Below are positions 1-12,600 of a stretch of DNA of 64,000 nt, one piece after another. Below the pieces are notes generated by a model. It made no database searches and was not told the origin of the DNA. It saw only the letters and a list, made by a program, of their open reading frames with translations. This stretch comes from Camelus dromedarius. Taxonomy: Eukaryota. Both the position numbers and the translations under genes were made by a program. The DNA is taken from the NCBI RefSeq assembly GCF_036321535.1, contig NC_087462.1, forward strand, positions 1,364,001 through 1,428,000, read 5' to 3'. Every line of letters begins with the position of its first letter. Position 1 is the first letter of the stretch.

Positions 1-699
1 GCCTTTTCCTGAGAAGCATGCAGGAGGCCAAGGCACCGGGAGACGCCCCCACGCTGCCCCAGGTACCGTCTCTGGGGCTCCTTTCTCCTGGCTCTTCCTA
101 GAAAGCCCCCAAGGACGGCGCTGGGGAAAACCAGGACAGGCTTCTTGGAATCCAGCGCGAAGGGCTCCCTCCCCTAGGTTCTTCCTGGAGATGAGATGTG
201 TGTGGCACTTCGAAACTCCCAGAGTGGCCAAAGTTCAGATGACAAAGCTCCCCTGCCCCAGCACACACCCACCCTCCCTTCTTTTTCTGAAAACAAAACA
301 CAGTTCCTGTAAGCAACTGCCTTGGGGGGGGGGGGGCACGCCGCACCTTGGCCCAGTCGCCACTTCCTTCCGGTGCCTCCACATCCTGCCTGGGCTGCGA
401 CACTTACTCTCTGGGGACAGGCCCCAACCTCCGAGGTCGGTCCTACATGTTCCGGATCGATCGGCATGTAAACCTGGGCCCCTGGCCTGGCAGCCTGAGT
501 GTCTGGCTGGAAGATGCTCGAGGCCCAGGATCTGTCCTGTTAGAGGTGGTTGTGCCCCACGGCTGTCTCTCAACATCTAAATGTTTATTTTTATACACTG
601 CAACGGCTCCCTGGGTGGGGAGGCAGCCCACCGCCCTGCAGGACACACACGAAGACCAAGGTGCTCTGGAGGGGTTCTGTGTGTCCCAGCCTTCCTGTT

Positions 700-890
700 G
701 ATGGTTTTCTTTAAAAACAAAAACCAATTGAGACACAACTCACATACGATAGATTCCATCCTTTCAAAGCACACAGTCCAACGGGTTTTAGTCAGATCAG
801 AGTGTGTAACCGTCACCACTCTCTAATTCCAGGACATCCTCCTCGCCCCACAAGAAATGCCGTGCCCGTCAGCAGTCACCTCCTACCCCC
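700..890 (-). mobile_element. Old L1 (L1M) 3'-end fragment
   Basis: Resembles the recalled L1M 3' UTR terminus in antisense (..GTAACCGTCACCACTCTCTAATTCCAGGACAT..). Confidence 0.55.
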
Positions 891-892
891 CT

Positions 893-1320
893 TTTATGGG
901 CTGAGTCACGTCCCCCAGAAAGACATGTTCAAGTCTTAACCCTCAATCCCTGTGAGGGAACCCTGCTGAGAAACGGGGTCGTTGCAGATGCAATTAAGAC
1001 GAGGTCACACTGGAGGAGGGTGGGCGCTAAGCCACGGCTGCTGTCCCTACAAGAAGAGGGAGATGAGGACATGACACAGGGAGACAGCCATCTGACAGAG
1101 GCAGAGGCCGGGGACGTGTCTCCAGGTCAAGGAAGGACCACTCTGGCCGGCCGCGCCACAGGCTGGGAGAGCGGCGGCAAGGACCCCCCAGCAGGGCCTC
1201 CGGGAGCGCCGAGCCCACAGCAAGCGAGAGGGGCTGGGGTTCTGAATCTGGCTGTCTCCACTGAGACGGAGAGAGGGGTGCTGGGTGTGCCCCGGCCAGC
1301 GCTGCCGGTTCTCCTCCAAC
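893..1320 (+). mobile_element. MLT1 (ERVL-MaLR) solo LTR
   Basis: Diagnostic MLT1 motifs: TATGGGCTGAGTCACGTCCCCC, GGTCGTTGCAGATGCAATTAAGACGAGGTCACACTGG, CAGAGGCAGAGG. Confidence 0.7.
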
Positions 1321-1721
1321 CCCTCCCTCCGTCTCAGTTCCCCGTGCGGACCAGCACGGATTTAGTGCTCAACAAAACGGGGCCTCGGGGAGACCAGAAG
1401 GGGAGAAACAGGGGGAGGTCATGGGTGGTGTGTCCCCCCGCAGGAGTCGTAACTCTTCCTCCTGAGGACTCGGCCCAAGGCTGTAAGAGCTGCGGCTCTG
1501 CGCTGACCAGCGTCCTGCGTGTCACCGAGGGGAAGACAAGAGAAGCGGCACCCCATATGCACCCCCACTTGCTGGCTGTCCAAGCTTCCTTTTAACATCA
1601 GGGTCGTCGGCACTCGCACTGACCCCAGTCTGCGGGGAGGGCGTCCCTGCTCGGAGCGCCGTCCATCAAGCATCGCAGTCTCTCCAGGCGCTGAGAAGAG
1701 CCCCAGCCTCGCTCCGCTACA

Positions 1722-1900
1722 GCCCTGGGTCTCAACGGGGGCGACTCTGCCCCAGGGGCCACGTCTGGGGGGCATTTGTGGTTGTCACGACTAGGGGTTC
1801 TCCTGGCATTGGGGGGGCCAGGGAAGCTGCGCCACACCCCACAGTACACAGAATGGCCCCCCACAGAGGATGACTGGCCCCAGGCGTCTCATTTGGGACT
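1722..1900 (+). mobile_element. MER20-like hAT-Charlie DNA element
   Basis: TCTCAACGGGGGCGACTCTGCCCCAGGGG...TGGTTGTCACGACTAGGGG, matching the recalled MER20 core. Confidence 0.7.
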
Positions 1901-2584
1901 AAGGAGCTGCAGGAATGACCACTTCCCTCCCAGAACCCAGTTCCTGAAGTTGGATTCGCCTCTCTGGCTTAAGCAATCTCAACCTCGAAATTCCAGGAAG
2001 TCAGGAACAGGGCTCACCAGCTGGGGCATGTCCAAAATTTCCCAGAGTAAAAACCCAAGTTCCAGGTCGGCTGCTTGGGGAATTTTTGTTAAACTTCTGT
2101 TTCGAGAAGCCCCGGGGAAGGGAGAGAAGCTCCTGGGATGGGATGATAGTTAATGGCTGACTTTTCCATGAACTTGGCTGGCTCTGGAACGTCATCACAC
2201 ATGAAACAGACCACCTTAAACTTGTTAGGAATACGAATCATCTAAAAAGTCCTGAAACTGAAACAGCACTTCCGCGAACCCCCTCAGGGACTAAAATAAC
2301 CACTTCTGCTTTTGCTGAGAGAGGCGAACTTAGAACTCCACTTGTCGCAGCTATTTGGGGCGCCTGGTGTGCGAACACCACGCTCGAGAGTTTAAAGATG
2401 AGAAAAACAGTCTGTCCTTCAGGGAGGCTGAAGTAAAAAGTAAACCACCAAGCCACGGAAAGACACAAGGAACCGTAAAGGCGCGTCACCAAGGGGAAGT
2501 GGGAAAAGCCTTTCTGAGAGGGCAACGCTGTGCTTCCAACGCTGGGACGCTCTGGAAAGGTCGGAGCAGAGCTATGGGGCCAGC

Positions 2585-2945
2585 AAAAGGGCCGGTGGTT
2601 GCGGGGGTGGGGGGTTCGTGAGGGAGAGCTGGACAGGTGGAGCCCGGGGGTTTCTGGGGAAGTGAGACTACTCCGTGTGATGAAATGACGGATACACGTC
2701 CGTATACAGTTGTCCAGGCCCAGAGAACGCACGGCACCCAGAGGGACCCTAACGCACACGGATGCTGGCTGACAGCGATGTGACAGTGTGGGCTCACCCC
2801 TGTCACAGACGCCCGCTCAGGCGGGGGTGCTGGTAACGTGGGAGGCGGCGCACACGTGGGGGCAGGGGTTATACGGGAAGTCCCTGTGCCCCCTGCTCGG
2901 TTATACCGTGAGCATGAAATTGCTCTCAAAAAATTCAGTCTGTTG
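2585..2945 (+). mobile_element. L1MB-type 3' end, GC-shifted
   Basis: Colinear with the recalled L1MB 3' terminus, ending ..GAAATTGCTCTCAAAAAATTCAGTCTGTT. Confidence 0.65.
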
Positions 2946-3224
2946 AGAGAAAAACTACAGCTGACACGAATTCACCAATTACAACACACCAAGCCCTTGG
3001 CTAAATCCTTTGAGTTGCTCACCCCATTTAAGAAATAGCTAAAGCCACAGACAGGAAGCAGAAAATGACGAACGCTAAGAGAGCAGGAGTGGGACATCTA
3101 TTTGCCCAAAGACTAAATGCCGCGGAAGGCACTGAAGTGTAACGTACACCATGTGTGTAACTTCTTTTTGGTAGCCATGTTGGAAAGTAAAAAAAATGAA
3201 AAGAAACAGGTGGCTTTAACATTG

Positions 3225-3435
3225 CTAACAGTTTAACCCAAGAGCGCCAAAATATCATTTTAACACCATAACAAATATAGACAATATTAAAGAAATATTT
3301 TGTCCCCTCACCCCACACACACCGAGTCTCTGGAGACTGGTGCGGATTTTACACGGATGGCACATCCCGGTTTGGACCACTTTTCAGGCACTCCCTAGCA
3401 CGCGAGGCCAGGGGCTGCTGCACTGGACCGCTCAG
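3225..3435 (+). mobile_element. MER33/MER3-like hAT-Charlie element
   Basis: AAAATATCATTTTAACA...GATTTTACAC...GCACATC...CACTTTTCAGGCACTC...CTGGAC matches the MER33 right half. Confidence 0.6.
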
Positions 3436-4399
3436 CTCTGGAAGGTTTTAAAAGGGGGAAAACCCACCTGTTGGAGGACGAAGCAATGGGATGGGTGCTG
3501 TTTGAGGTGGGTGCTGGATTTGGACCCTGGGAAGGGGAGAGCAGGTTCCAGTTTCGTGGTGAACAAAGGGAGCCTCCGGAAGGGAGGAGAAAAACGGTGC
3601 CCTGGGGTGTGGGCAGGGGTGGAGCAGCCAGGACTTCCACTAGCTTCAGTCTGTAATCAGTACAACAGTCACTGACAGACTAAAACTTGGGGTGGGGAAG
3701 GGGGGGCGGATGGGCGCTCAGGACTTTGGTGGGGCGACTGCAGTGGCCCGTCCTGACATGGGCCAGGGCAGGATTCTTGGTATCGCTCAGCGCTGAGTCT
3801 GTAAAGTGGCCTCATAGGAGACTCTGAACTTTCTGCTGGGTGGAGGGAGAATGTAGAAGAAATGTAACAGAACAAGTCCAAAATCACAAAGTGCAGGCAG
3901 GCGGTTGGGTGTGAAATATGTGAGGTGCTTCTGTATCCTATGCCGAAATGTCATCCAACAGTGCGCTCTGAATGCATGCAGCTCACTGCAAATCAACCGA
4001 GTCTCTAAAAAATGGTTTAAAAAGAAAGATGCAAGGGGCAAAGAGCACAAGTGAATAAAGACTGGAGGACCCTCACCCACAAATGAGCGGTGGCTCTGGG
4101 TGGGAGCATCCCTGGCAATTTATTCTGCGCTTTGTGACCCTCTCCAGTGCGGAGATGCAGCCGTGAAGTCACCCAGCGGGCAGTGCGGACACGCCAACGC
4201 CTCCCGCCCAGCCCCTGCCCACTGCTCAGGGACTCTGGGGACCAAGAAGCAAGGGCCCTGCTTTCAAAGGGCTGGGGTCCGGTGGGCGTGGACCCTAAAA
4301 TCCTGTGGACTTTCCATCCAAACCAGGAGGTGGGGTCCCGGTTAGCGACACGGCGAGAGGGGGTGACCCTAAAGTGACATCTGTAACCACCAGTTCGAC

Positions 4400-5400
4400 C
4401 CAGGGCCGCCACAGCTCCTTCTCCTCCCCTCCTGAGCGCCCCGGCCTCCCGCCGCCCGCGTTCGTCCCGCGGAGGGACCCACCTGCCGCCCGCCGTTGGA
4501 AGGGCCAGGCCACGCTCGCCGCCGCCCAGCGTCCACGGATCTGTGCCCGGCCCGCCGGCCAGCCCCGCCTCGCCGAGCGCTGCGCGCGACCGCCCCGCCC
4601 CCCCGCCGGACCTGCTTCCGCTCCCGGCCGAGGCCTCCCCGGAAGCGGAGGAGCTTGTACGGGAGGTGGTCGCGGGCGAGGAGCGCAGGCGGGGGCGGGG
4701 CTAACAGAGGGGTGGAACCTTATCTGGGAGTGGTGGTTCGTGGGCGGGGCCTGGGAGAGCGCCTTCAGTTGTCCGTTGCGGAGGCGGGGCCTACGTCGGG
4801 GGCGGGGCGCGAGCGCGGCCCAGGAGGGCGCCGATGGCGGGTGCGCGGCGGGGGGCGTGGCGCGGGAGGCGCCGTCGGTTGGCCGGCGGCGGGCAGGGGC
4901 GGGCCATGGCCCTGCTGCTGTACCTGGGACTGACAGCGGCTCTGGCCCGCGGCTGCTTGCACTGCCACGGCAACTTCTCGGAGAAGTTCTCCTTCTACCG
5001 CCATCACGTGAACCTCAAGTCTTGGTGGGTGGGCGACATCCCCGTGTCGGGCTCGCTGCTCACCGACTGGAGTCAGGACACAATGAAGGAGCTGCACCTG
5101 GCCATCCCCGCGGAGATCAGTGAGTGCCGGGGCCCCGTCTGGGCGCGCCCCTGGCCCAGCCAGATCCAGGACCGCGCCGCTCACACGCCTCCTCCCGTCC
5201 CCAGCCAGGGAGAAGCTGAACCAAGTGGCAAATGCCGTGTACAAGAAGATGGATCAGCTGTACCAGGGGAAGATGTATTTCCCGGGTAAGGGGGCGGCCG
5301 TCACGTGCGGGACACTGAGGCAGAGCTCACCCGCCCTGTCTGAGGCTGACCTCTCTTCTGCCTCCCTACCCCGTTAGGGTATTTCCCCAACGAGCTGCGA
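4400..5400. promoter_or_regulatory. CpG island / bidirectional promoter (MOB3A-IZUMO4)
   Basis: Dense CpG, with several GGGCGG GC boxes (about 4742, 4800, 4897) immediately upstream of the IZUMO4 ATG at 4906. Confidence 0.8.
4483..4680 (-). other. Probable non-coding exon 1 of the gene head-to-head with IZUMO4 (MOB3A by synteny); 1-4482 would be its intron 1
   Basis: Minus-strand donor CAG|GTGGGT at 4483/4482 inside a CpG island. In human and mouse MOB3A starts head-to-head with IZUMO4. No MOB3A coding sequence is in the window, so identity is inferred and the upper boundary is approximate. Confidence 0.45.
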
Positions 5401-7331
5401 GCTATCTTCCGGGAGCAGGTGCACCTCATCCAGAATGCCATCATCGAAAGTGAGCAATTGAGGGCTGGGGGATGGAGAGTGCTGCCCAGGGCCTGAGGAC
5501 CCAGGGCCACCGGAGTATGTGTCTCCTTCCAGGCTGGGGGTCCCAGGGCCAGGGTATGGCTAGGGCTGGAGTAATATGAAGAGGGCATCTGGCTTGTTGC
5601 AGCTGGATGTCAGAACTCAGGACAGAAAGAAGGGATGACACCTTGGGGAAGGGACCTTTTCATCCCGTGGATACCAAGGGGGCACCTTGAGGGATAAATC
5701 CCACCCTCCCCAGCCACCTCCCCCCACTGGTCCCTGGAGGCCCTGAGCCGTGAGTGGCCTGGGTGGGCTAGAGCAGGGGACAGGATAGGCCTACTAAGAA
5801 GGCGCCATCTGTGCTCTGGTCCCCCACAGGCTACATCAACTGTCAGCGTCACTGTGGTGGGTGAGCCTCTGTTCGGGTTGTGAGGTGCAGCTCGCAGCCC
5901 TGGGGCCCAGAGGGTAAGAGCCTGCTGCCGCCTCTGCTGTGTTGCAGGCGTCTTCCAGTATGAGACCATCGCCTGCACCAACTGCACAGACTCGCACGTC
6001 ATCTGCTTTGGCTACAACTGCGAGTAGGGCTCAGGCGCAGGCAGATGTCTGTGCTGGGGGCCCCTGCCATGGGTTCCGAGACTCTCCATGGAGAGGCCCT
6101 CATCACCTGGGTGGGTGGATGGAAGCCCCCCAGCTGGACCCTGAACGTGGGCCATGCCCCCTCCACGTCCCGTGTTCCCGCAGGTCACCTGTGCAGTGGG
6201 AGACCGCAGTGCAGGGCCTCCTCCAGTACATGTGAGTTAGGGCAGCTGGGTTCTCGGAGGGGAGCCCCATCAAGGCCGCTTGGCCCGACTCCAAACGTGC
6301 TGTCATTGTAGGAATATGTGGCACAAGTAAGTTCCCCCTCCCCAAACCCAGCATGAGTTTTACGAGGCAGTGCGCGCTCGCACCCACAAGGGTGAGTATG
6401 GGCCAGGAGTCCTTGGGAGGGTCGCAGCCTCTTCCTCCGACAGTCTCTGAGCTCAGCCGGCACAAGGGGGCACATCCTGGTTAAAGGGACCCCACAGCCT
6501 GGTCCTAGCCCTCTCCCAGGTGGGTGGCAGGGCGGTGGTCAGAGCTGGGGAGGCCCCCGTGGTGCATGTGCACCTCCACAGAGAGGCCTGAGGCCACGGG
6601 CACAGCTCATTCCCAAAGCTTGGAGGTAACCGGGGCCCTGTCATGTCTTTCAGACAGGACACCAACACGAGGTAAGGTCCCCAGGCCCGTGACCCTGGAG
6701 GGGAGGGCAGGGTGGCGTGGGGTTGTCTGGGCCAGTGGGGTTGGGCAGGGGTGCTGGACGGGGTGGGGCCGCCAGGCAGGGCTCTCTCTGCACCTGGAAT
6801 CGTGCAGACATGGCCTCTGCCACCACACCCGTGCCATCACCTCACGATAAACACGAGCCCCCCCTCCTCCTCCCGGCCTGGATGCGAAGAACCACTCCAG
6901 CATTGTGAGTGATCCGCGGCGTGGGGCTGCGGGGGGCCGGGCGGGCCCTGGGGCAGAAGCTGTGCCCAAGCCAGAGACTAAAACCCCGACTACAGCCAAT
7001 TTACAGCCGGACCCCCCCACTGCCTTTTGCAGCGCCGGTGGTGGGAGCGTTGGGTGTAACCCTAATGCTGTCTTGAGGGTGTGAGCACGGGCAGGGCCCC
7101 CACAGGTGGCTTCGAGGGTCCGCCTGCGGCCCTGTCTCATGCCCCAGCTGGGAAGAGGGGCCCAGGCCCCCAGCAAAGACCCCCCCGGGGAGGGCAAGGT
7201 TGGGGAGAAGAAGGACTGGGGCACTCATATCTCCCTGCAGCCTGGTATCACCAAGCTTCATGTGTCTGGGGCGCCCGCATCTGGCCAACCTGACTCTGGA
7301 GAAGGCCTCCGAGTGCCTGATGCAGCACTGA
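4906..7331 (+). CDS. IZUMO4: Izumo sperm-egg fusion family member 4 (218 aa with exon 9)
   Basis: Exons 4906-5119, 5205-5285, 5378-5449, 5830-5856, 5948-6023, 6184-6231, 6312-6326, 6654-6671, 6890-6904, 7241-7331. All junctions are GT-AG and phase-consistent (657 nt). Translation MALLLYLGLTAALARGCLHC...KSWWVGDIPVSG...REKLNQVANAVY...YFPNELR...CHNCTDSHVICFGYNCE...HLANLTLEKASECLMQH* matches IZUMO4 (signal peptide plus Cys-rich Izumo domain). Exon 9 is the least certain (AAG acceptor). Confidence 0.95.
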
Positions 7332-7546
7332 GGGCCCGGGGCCAGCCAGACCTGCCCCAGCCGCGGGCAGGACCAGGACCCTGCCAGACCGTCTCAGCCT
7401 GACCCTGTGGAGCAGGCCTGCTGCTGCCTTGGGTGCCCCACGTGCCAGGAGCCCTGGCCGGGGCAGGGGGAGGATAAGAAGAGGCACGGGTTTGTATATA
7501 GTACAGAGCCGGCGCTGGGCACGATCCCAGCTGTTTTGATGGAATG

Positions 7547-7552
7547 ATTAAA
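7547..7552 (+). terminator. IZUMO4 poly(A) signal (ATTAAA)
   Basis: ATTAAA about 215 nt after the stop codon. Confidence 0.7.
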
Positions 7553-8702
7553 CATCCTTGACCTTTCTCACTGCGGCGGCAGTCCTTCTTGGGGGCTGGG
7601 GCCCCAGGCCAGGTGCGTCCAGGGTTGTGGCTGCAGGGCGTTCCACGCTGACAATTCATACCTGGGCAGGTGTGCAGGGAAACCAGCCTTGAGAACAAGT
7701 GGCTCTTCTGATGACTCAGTGAATCTGTCTGGTGATAACCAGGGCCAGCTTTGGGCACGGCGGGGCTCCTGTCACACCAGGCTGCCCTGGCTGAGGCTCA
7801 GGAACTGCTGACCCACTGCTTAGCTTCTGGAGAACATCTGACATGGGTGGTGAGGGAGACAGGCCCAAGCCAGCTGGATACAGGGATGAACCCTGTTCAG
7901 GAGATGGGAGGGAGGCCTAGGGGTGAAGGGACTGCCAGAGGTACCTCCTGGGCCTGCAGATGCTGCCACGAGCCCAGCTGTTTCCCGGCTTCCAGATGGC
8001 AGCTGAGCCCTCCTCTCGCTCCCCGTCCACGGGCGTCTTCCCGCTGAGGTGGGTCTCACACCACACTGGCCTCTGCTCACACAGGAATGTGGGTCAGGGC
8101 AGGGAAACGGGGAGCAGGAGACCCGGGAGGGACGTTCTGATGCCCCAGGACACGAGCCGGGTCCCACGTGCCGGAGCAGGCCGGGCTGATGACCGGGTAG
8201 GGGCACCCAAGGCCGCTCTGCCCACTCAGTGCGGAGGGGGTTTCGGTGCAGGGCTCCTCACCTGCCCACGTTTTAGGATTCAGATTGGAGTTGATTCAGG
8301 TTCTCCACCTGTTGGCACAACCCCTTTCCACAATGTGTCCATGAAGCCACCAGAAACGTGCGGAGTTAAAATGACAGCAGGGCCTTCTTTCCAGGCCGTG
8401 CTCCCGCTGCTCACCTCATACACCCCTTACCAGAGGGGTTCCCAGCCCAGGGGCCTGGACGGCGTGTGACGACCACGTCATCTCCCGAGGGGACAAGGGT
8501 GCACGGCAGGAGGGGGTGGGGCTCCCCAGCATGCTGCAACCTCCATGAGGGTGCCCGGTAGCCCTCTGACCCCAAGCAGTTCGGGGACAGTCCAGAGGCC
8601 CGGCTGGGTGACGTCCCCCTCGTACTGTGTGACAACTGCCCCAGTCAGGGGCACACACAGGCATGGGAAAAAGACCCACCAGGCGGCCATCTGTTTTGCA
8701 GA

Positions 8703-8708
8703 TTTATT
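8703..8708 (-). terminator. AP3D1 poly(A) signal (AATAAA on minus)
   Basis: TTTATT on + strand at the end of an AT-rich block about 960 nt past the AP3D1 stop codon. Confidence 0.7.
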
Positions 8709-9663
8709 TGATCATCTTGACACAAAATCATTCCAGCAGCGTGATATGTCTCTCCTTTATACGGGAATGTCGATAGCAAATAAATTCTTATATAACACAT
8801 CATACAATTTCGAGATTCTAGAATCACTGCACAGGATTCTGCAATAGATTACTCTACATGCTAAAGTGACAGTTTTCATCAAAAGGAAGTTAAAACGTCA
8901 TTGAGGACCATCATCTCTGAGGGAAGTTCAGTCTCCCTGCCCGAAAAGCACATTTCAGGGCCCCAGCTGCCCCGAGACACACGTTTCGCCGTCGAGGCCG
9001 AAAAGCCTGGGATAGGACCCTTCCACACGAGTGGGCAGGACGCAGGGACAAGACTGCAGAGCATCCAGCGACCAGAGGAGGGGGTGGGAACTGTGGTGCT
9101 CTACCACTCACCCCAACACCCCGCCTGGGCCACAAAAGCCACCGGGGCCATCCCCACTGCACGGGGATCCCCACCTGCACAGACGGACACGGTGGGGGAA
9201 CAACGGACAGCAGCCTACAGGGCCTCTCCCACCGTGCATCCTGGGGGGACCTGACCTTCAGTGTGAGGCGTGAAGGGAGTGTCTCCCTGGTGAGCAGCTG
9301 GCCCCCTCTTCACCCCCAGTTGCCACCGGGGAGGGGGTCTGGGGACTTGTGGGACCCGGACGACTTGACAGCAGCCGGACAGGCCGCCCCGCCGGTCCCT
9401 GCCAGGTTCCGGCCTAGGCAGTGGTCACCTCGCCCGTCCGGCAGCCCCTGCTGGTTTGGGGACTGGTATGGGGCTTCTCGCCAGAAGTGGAGAGAGTCAA
9501 AGTGAAAGGACGTGAGGATAAATCAACGCAACCCAGACCTCGGTGTCTACACAGTGGATGACAGTGGACTTCAATTACCTCCAGGCCAGTGCAGCCTGGG
9601 GACAGAGCAGCCACCCAGCACGTGGTGCCGCCTCCCATGAGCCCTCCGCGGCGGCCCTGGCGC

Positions 9664-12600
9664 TCAGCACTGGGCCAGGGTCCCCTTCATCTCCTCCAAC
9701 AAGTTGCTCAGCAGCGTTGAGTCGTTGCACTTCCCATCGACCGACACAGACTTCTCGCCCTGAAAAAGGGGGATGGCGACCAGGATGCTGAGACTGTGTG
9801 AAGGTGGGGCCTGGTGCTCGCATGCACCAGCAATGTTTCAAAATACTCCCCTATATGTTGGTGCTCTGATCCCCTTTAAAAGGGTTCCCAGGAAAGATGG
9901 AGCAGATACGGTGCCCGTGTCTCCCCCAGAAGCAGCTACAGAACCTGGGCAGAGGCCAGAACCAGAGGGACCAGAATGCGGGCTCCGGGAGAGAGTGGCA
10001 GAGCAAGTGACGGAAGCCCCCCGACCTGGACGGGAAGCTGGGGCCAGGCCAGGGAAGCCCCCAGTCCTTCCGCAACGAGTGTACCCAAGACGCAGGGAAC
10101 ACACAGCCCTGCCCAGCCCGGCCCCAGGCGCACGTGTGAGGCAGCTCTGGGATGAAGGCCGTGAGAATGGCTGGACACCAGACCCCAAGTCCTGCAGCTG
10201 GAACCTACGTATCCACCGTCCCCACCAGCTCTCAAGAAGACCCAGAGTCTCGTCTATTCAGAATGTGGGACACAGTCCAAAGTCATCTGGCACACCAAGG
10301 CCAGGGATACCTCAGCTCGACAGACACCCGAGATGAGGCGGATGTCAGAGCCATCTGACAAGCTTTCGAGCACTACTACAGGCCTCTCCAATTAGCAATC
10401 ACAAGCACTCTAGAAGCAAACAGAAAAACAGCATTTCAGCAAAGAAATGTAAGGACAAAAAAACCCAAATGGAACCTTTAGGTTGGAATACGCAGCCAGA
10501 ACTAGAAGCCCACGGGGTGGGCTTGGGAGCAGGACAGATGCGGCAGGAGGCAGTGAGCCGGGCAGGGCGGCGGGAGCGACCCGGTCCGGACAGATGGCAG
10601 AAGGGGCCGGGCTGCGGCTGGGCAGCCGGGCGCGCGAGGCTTGCAGCCCGCAGGGCAAGAACGTGCTTCAGTAGCAGCCGAAACTTCCCAGGGTTCGCAC
10701 ACAACGTACGCGCACAGACTCAGTACGTTCAGCAGGCTCCAAACAGCCACGATGAACCCAAGGACGTCAACGCCCAGACACGTCACAGACGGCCGGAGAC
10801 CCAAGACAAGGGTCTGCAGCGCCAGAGGGAAGCGGGGCGCTCCCCAGAGAGGAAGCATGATTCCCGTCGGAAACCACAGGTATCAAAAGGCAACGGCTTA
10901 TTTTTAAGATACTGAGTGAAAAGACTGGCGAAGCCAGAATTCTAGACCCAGCAAAAGTAGCCTTGAGAAAGACTGAAATAAATCATCAGATGAAGGAAAA
11001 CTAAGAGTTCCTAGCCAACAAGTATGATCTAGAAAGCTCTTTAGACAGAAGGGAAACGAGCCACAAGAAAACGTGGGACATGGGGAGTGGAGGGGCAAGG
11101 GAACGCGGCCATGTGGTGAGCGCAGCGGGCCCCACCCCGAGCTCCTGGGGGCCCGCACGCCCCCTGCGGCCTGCGGGCCTGCACTGTCGGTGCGGGCAAC
11201 GTGTTACGGCAACTCACGTGGGGAGGGGCAAGAGGCTGACACAGTGCGAGGTCTGTTTGTTCTCCCCCGAGTTCCAAGCAGACTGGAAACTAAGTGCGTA
11301 ATGGAACCCCGAGAGCCCGTCACCCCCCATCAGACACAAGAAGACAGGACTGCACAGCAGACACGAGGCACGGGGCACTGGTGGCGCTCGCACGCGCCAC
11401 AGGAGGCAGGAGGGCGAAGAGGCCTGAGAACCAGAAGGACAAGCAGATACACTGGGAGACAGAGCCAGACACAGGAGTGATGCTTTCAGTACAAACGGCG
11501 TGAACACAGCAGCAGGAAGGCAGAGGCTGACGGGATGGATGAGGACACATGGCCCGCACTCCATGGCGTCCACAGGAGCTCTCCCCAGAGGAAGGATAAA
11601 GGCAGATGCACGGTAAAGAGTACCGTGTGAGCGCCAACCACAGAAAAGCAGAAGTGGCTGGGCCGATACCACACTGGATTTCGCAGCAAAGGACGCAGCC
11701 CGGGACGGAGAGAACACACATACTGGTGAGACGCCTCAAGTGCCAAGATCCCACAACTCTCGCGGTCCGCACAGCCAACAGCAGAGCTCCCCACGCGGAG
11801 CGAAGCCTGAGGAAGTGAAAGGAAAGACCGGCTGGCGACATGGGCTCACGCACCTGGCTCACTCGCTGAGGGCCGGCAGAGGGGAACCTGCAGGCGCGCA
11901 GAAGAACCGAAAACGCCATCGCCCAGGGGGACCTAGGTGGCGTGCACCCAACATTCTAGGTGCCAGAAAAGCAACAGGAAACTCTCCAAGTGCTTGGAAA
12001 TTTGCGTGCTTCTAATTAACCCATGGGTCAAAGAGGAAGCCGTGATAGACATTAGAAAATATTCTGAACTGTATAGAAATGGAAACAAAACAAAAACTTG
12101 TGGGGTTCAGCTAAAGCAGCACTCAGAGGGAAGCCTATAACACTAAACGCTTGGAGACAGGTCTCTTGGAAAGGTCTAAGCTTTTGCCTTAAGGAACTCA
12201 CAAGAGAGCAAAATAAACCTGAACAGGCAGAAGGAAAGAGATGTGCAACAGAATGCAATCAAATTTTATTGTTTGAAAAACAGTAACTTAAAAAAAAAGT
12301 TAGTTTTTAAACTGATCTTTCAAAAGATCAACAAAACAGGTAAGCCTCCCAGCCGAGACAACCAAGGAAAACGGGAGAAGACACTGACTGCCAACGTGAG
12401 GGACGAGGCGGGCTGCCGCACTCGTCCCCTGGACACTGAAGGACACGGACTGGACGGACGGCTCGACCCACGTCCACAGCCTGGGGGACACGCACCAATT
12501 CTCTGAAAACCACAAACTACCAAAAGTCACCCCAGAAAAAAACAGATGAATCAAAGAGTCTTACAACTATTTAGGAAAGAAACTGAACTTGCAGATATAA

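Noticed and set aside
1020-1595. 191-aa ORF
   Set aside because: Overlaps a degenerate MLT1 LTR; no coding signal.
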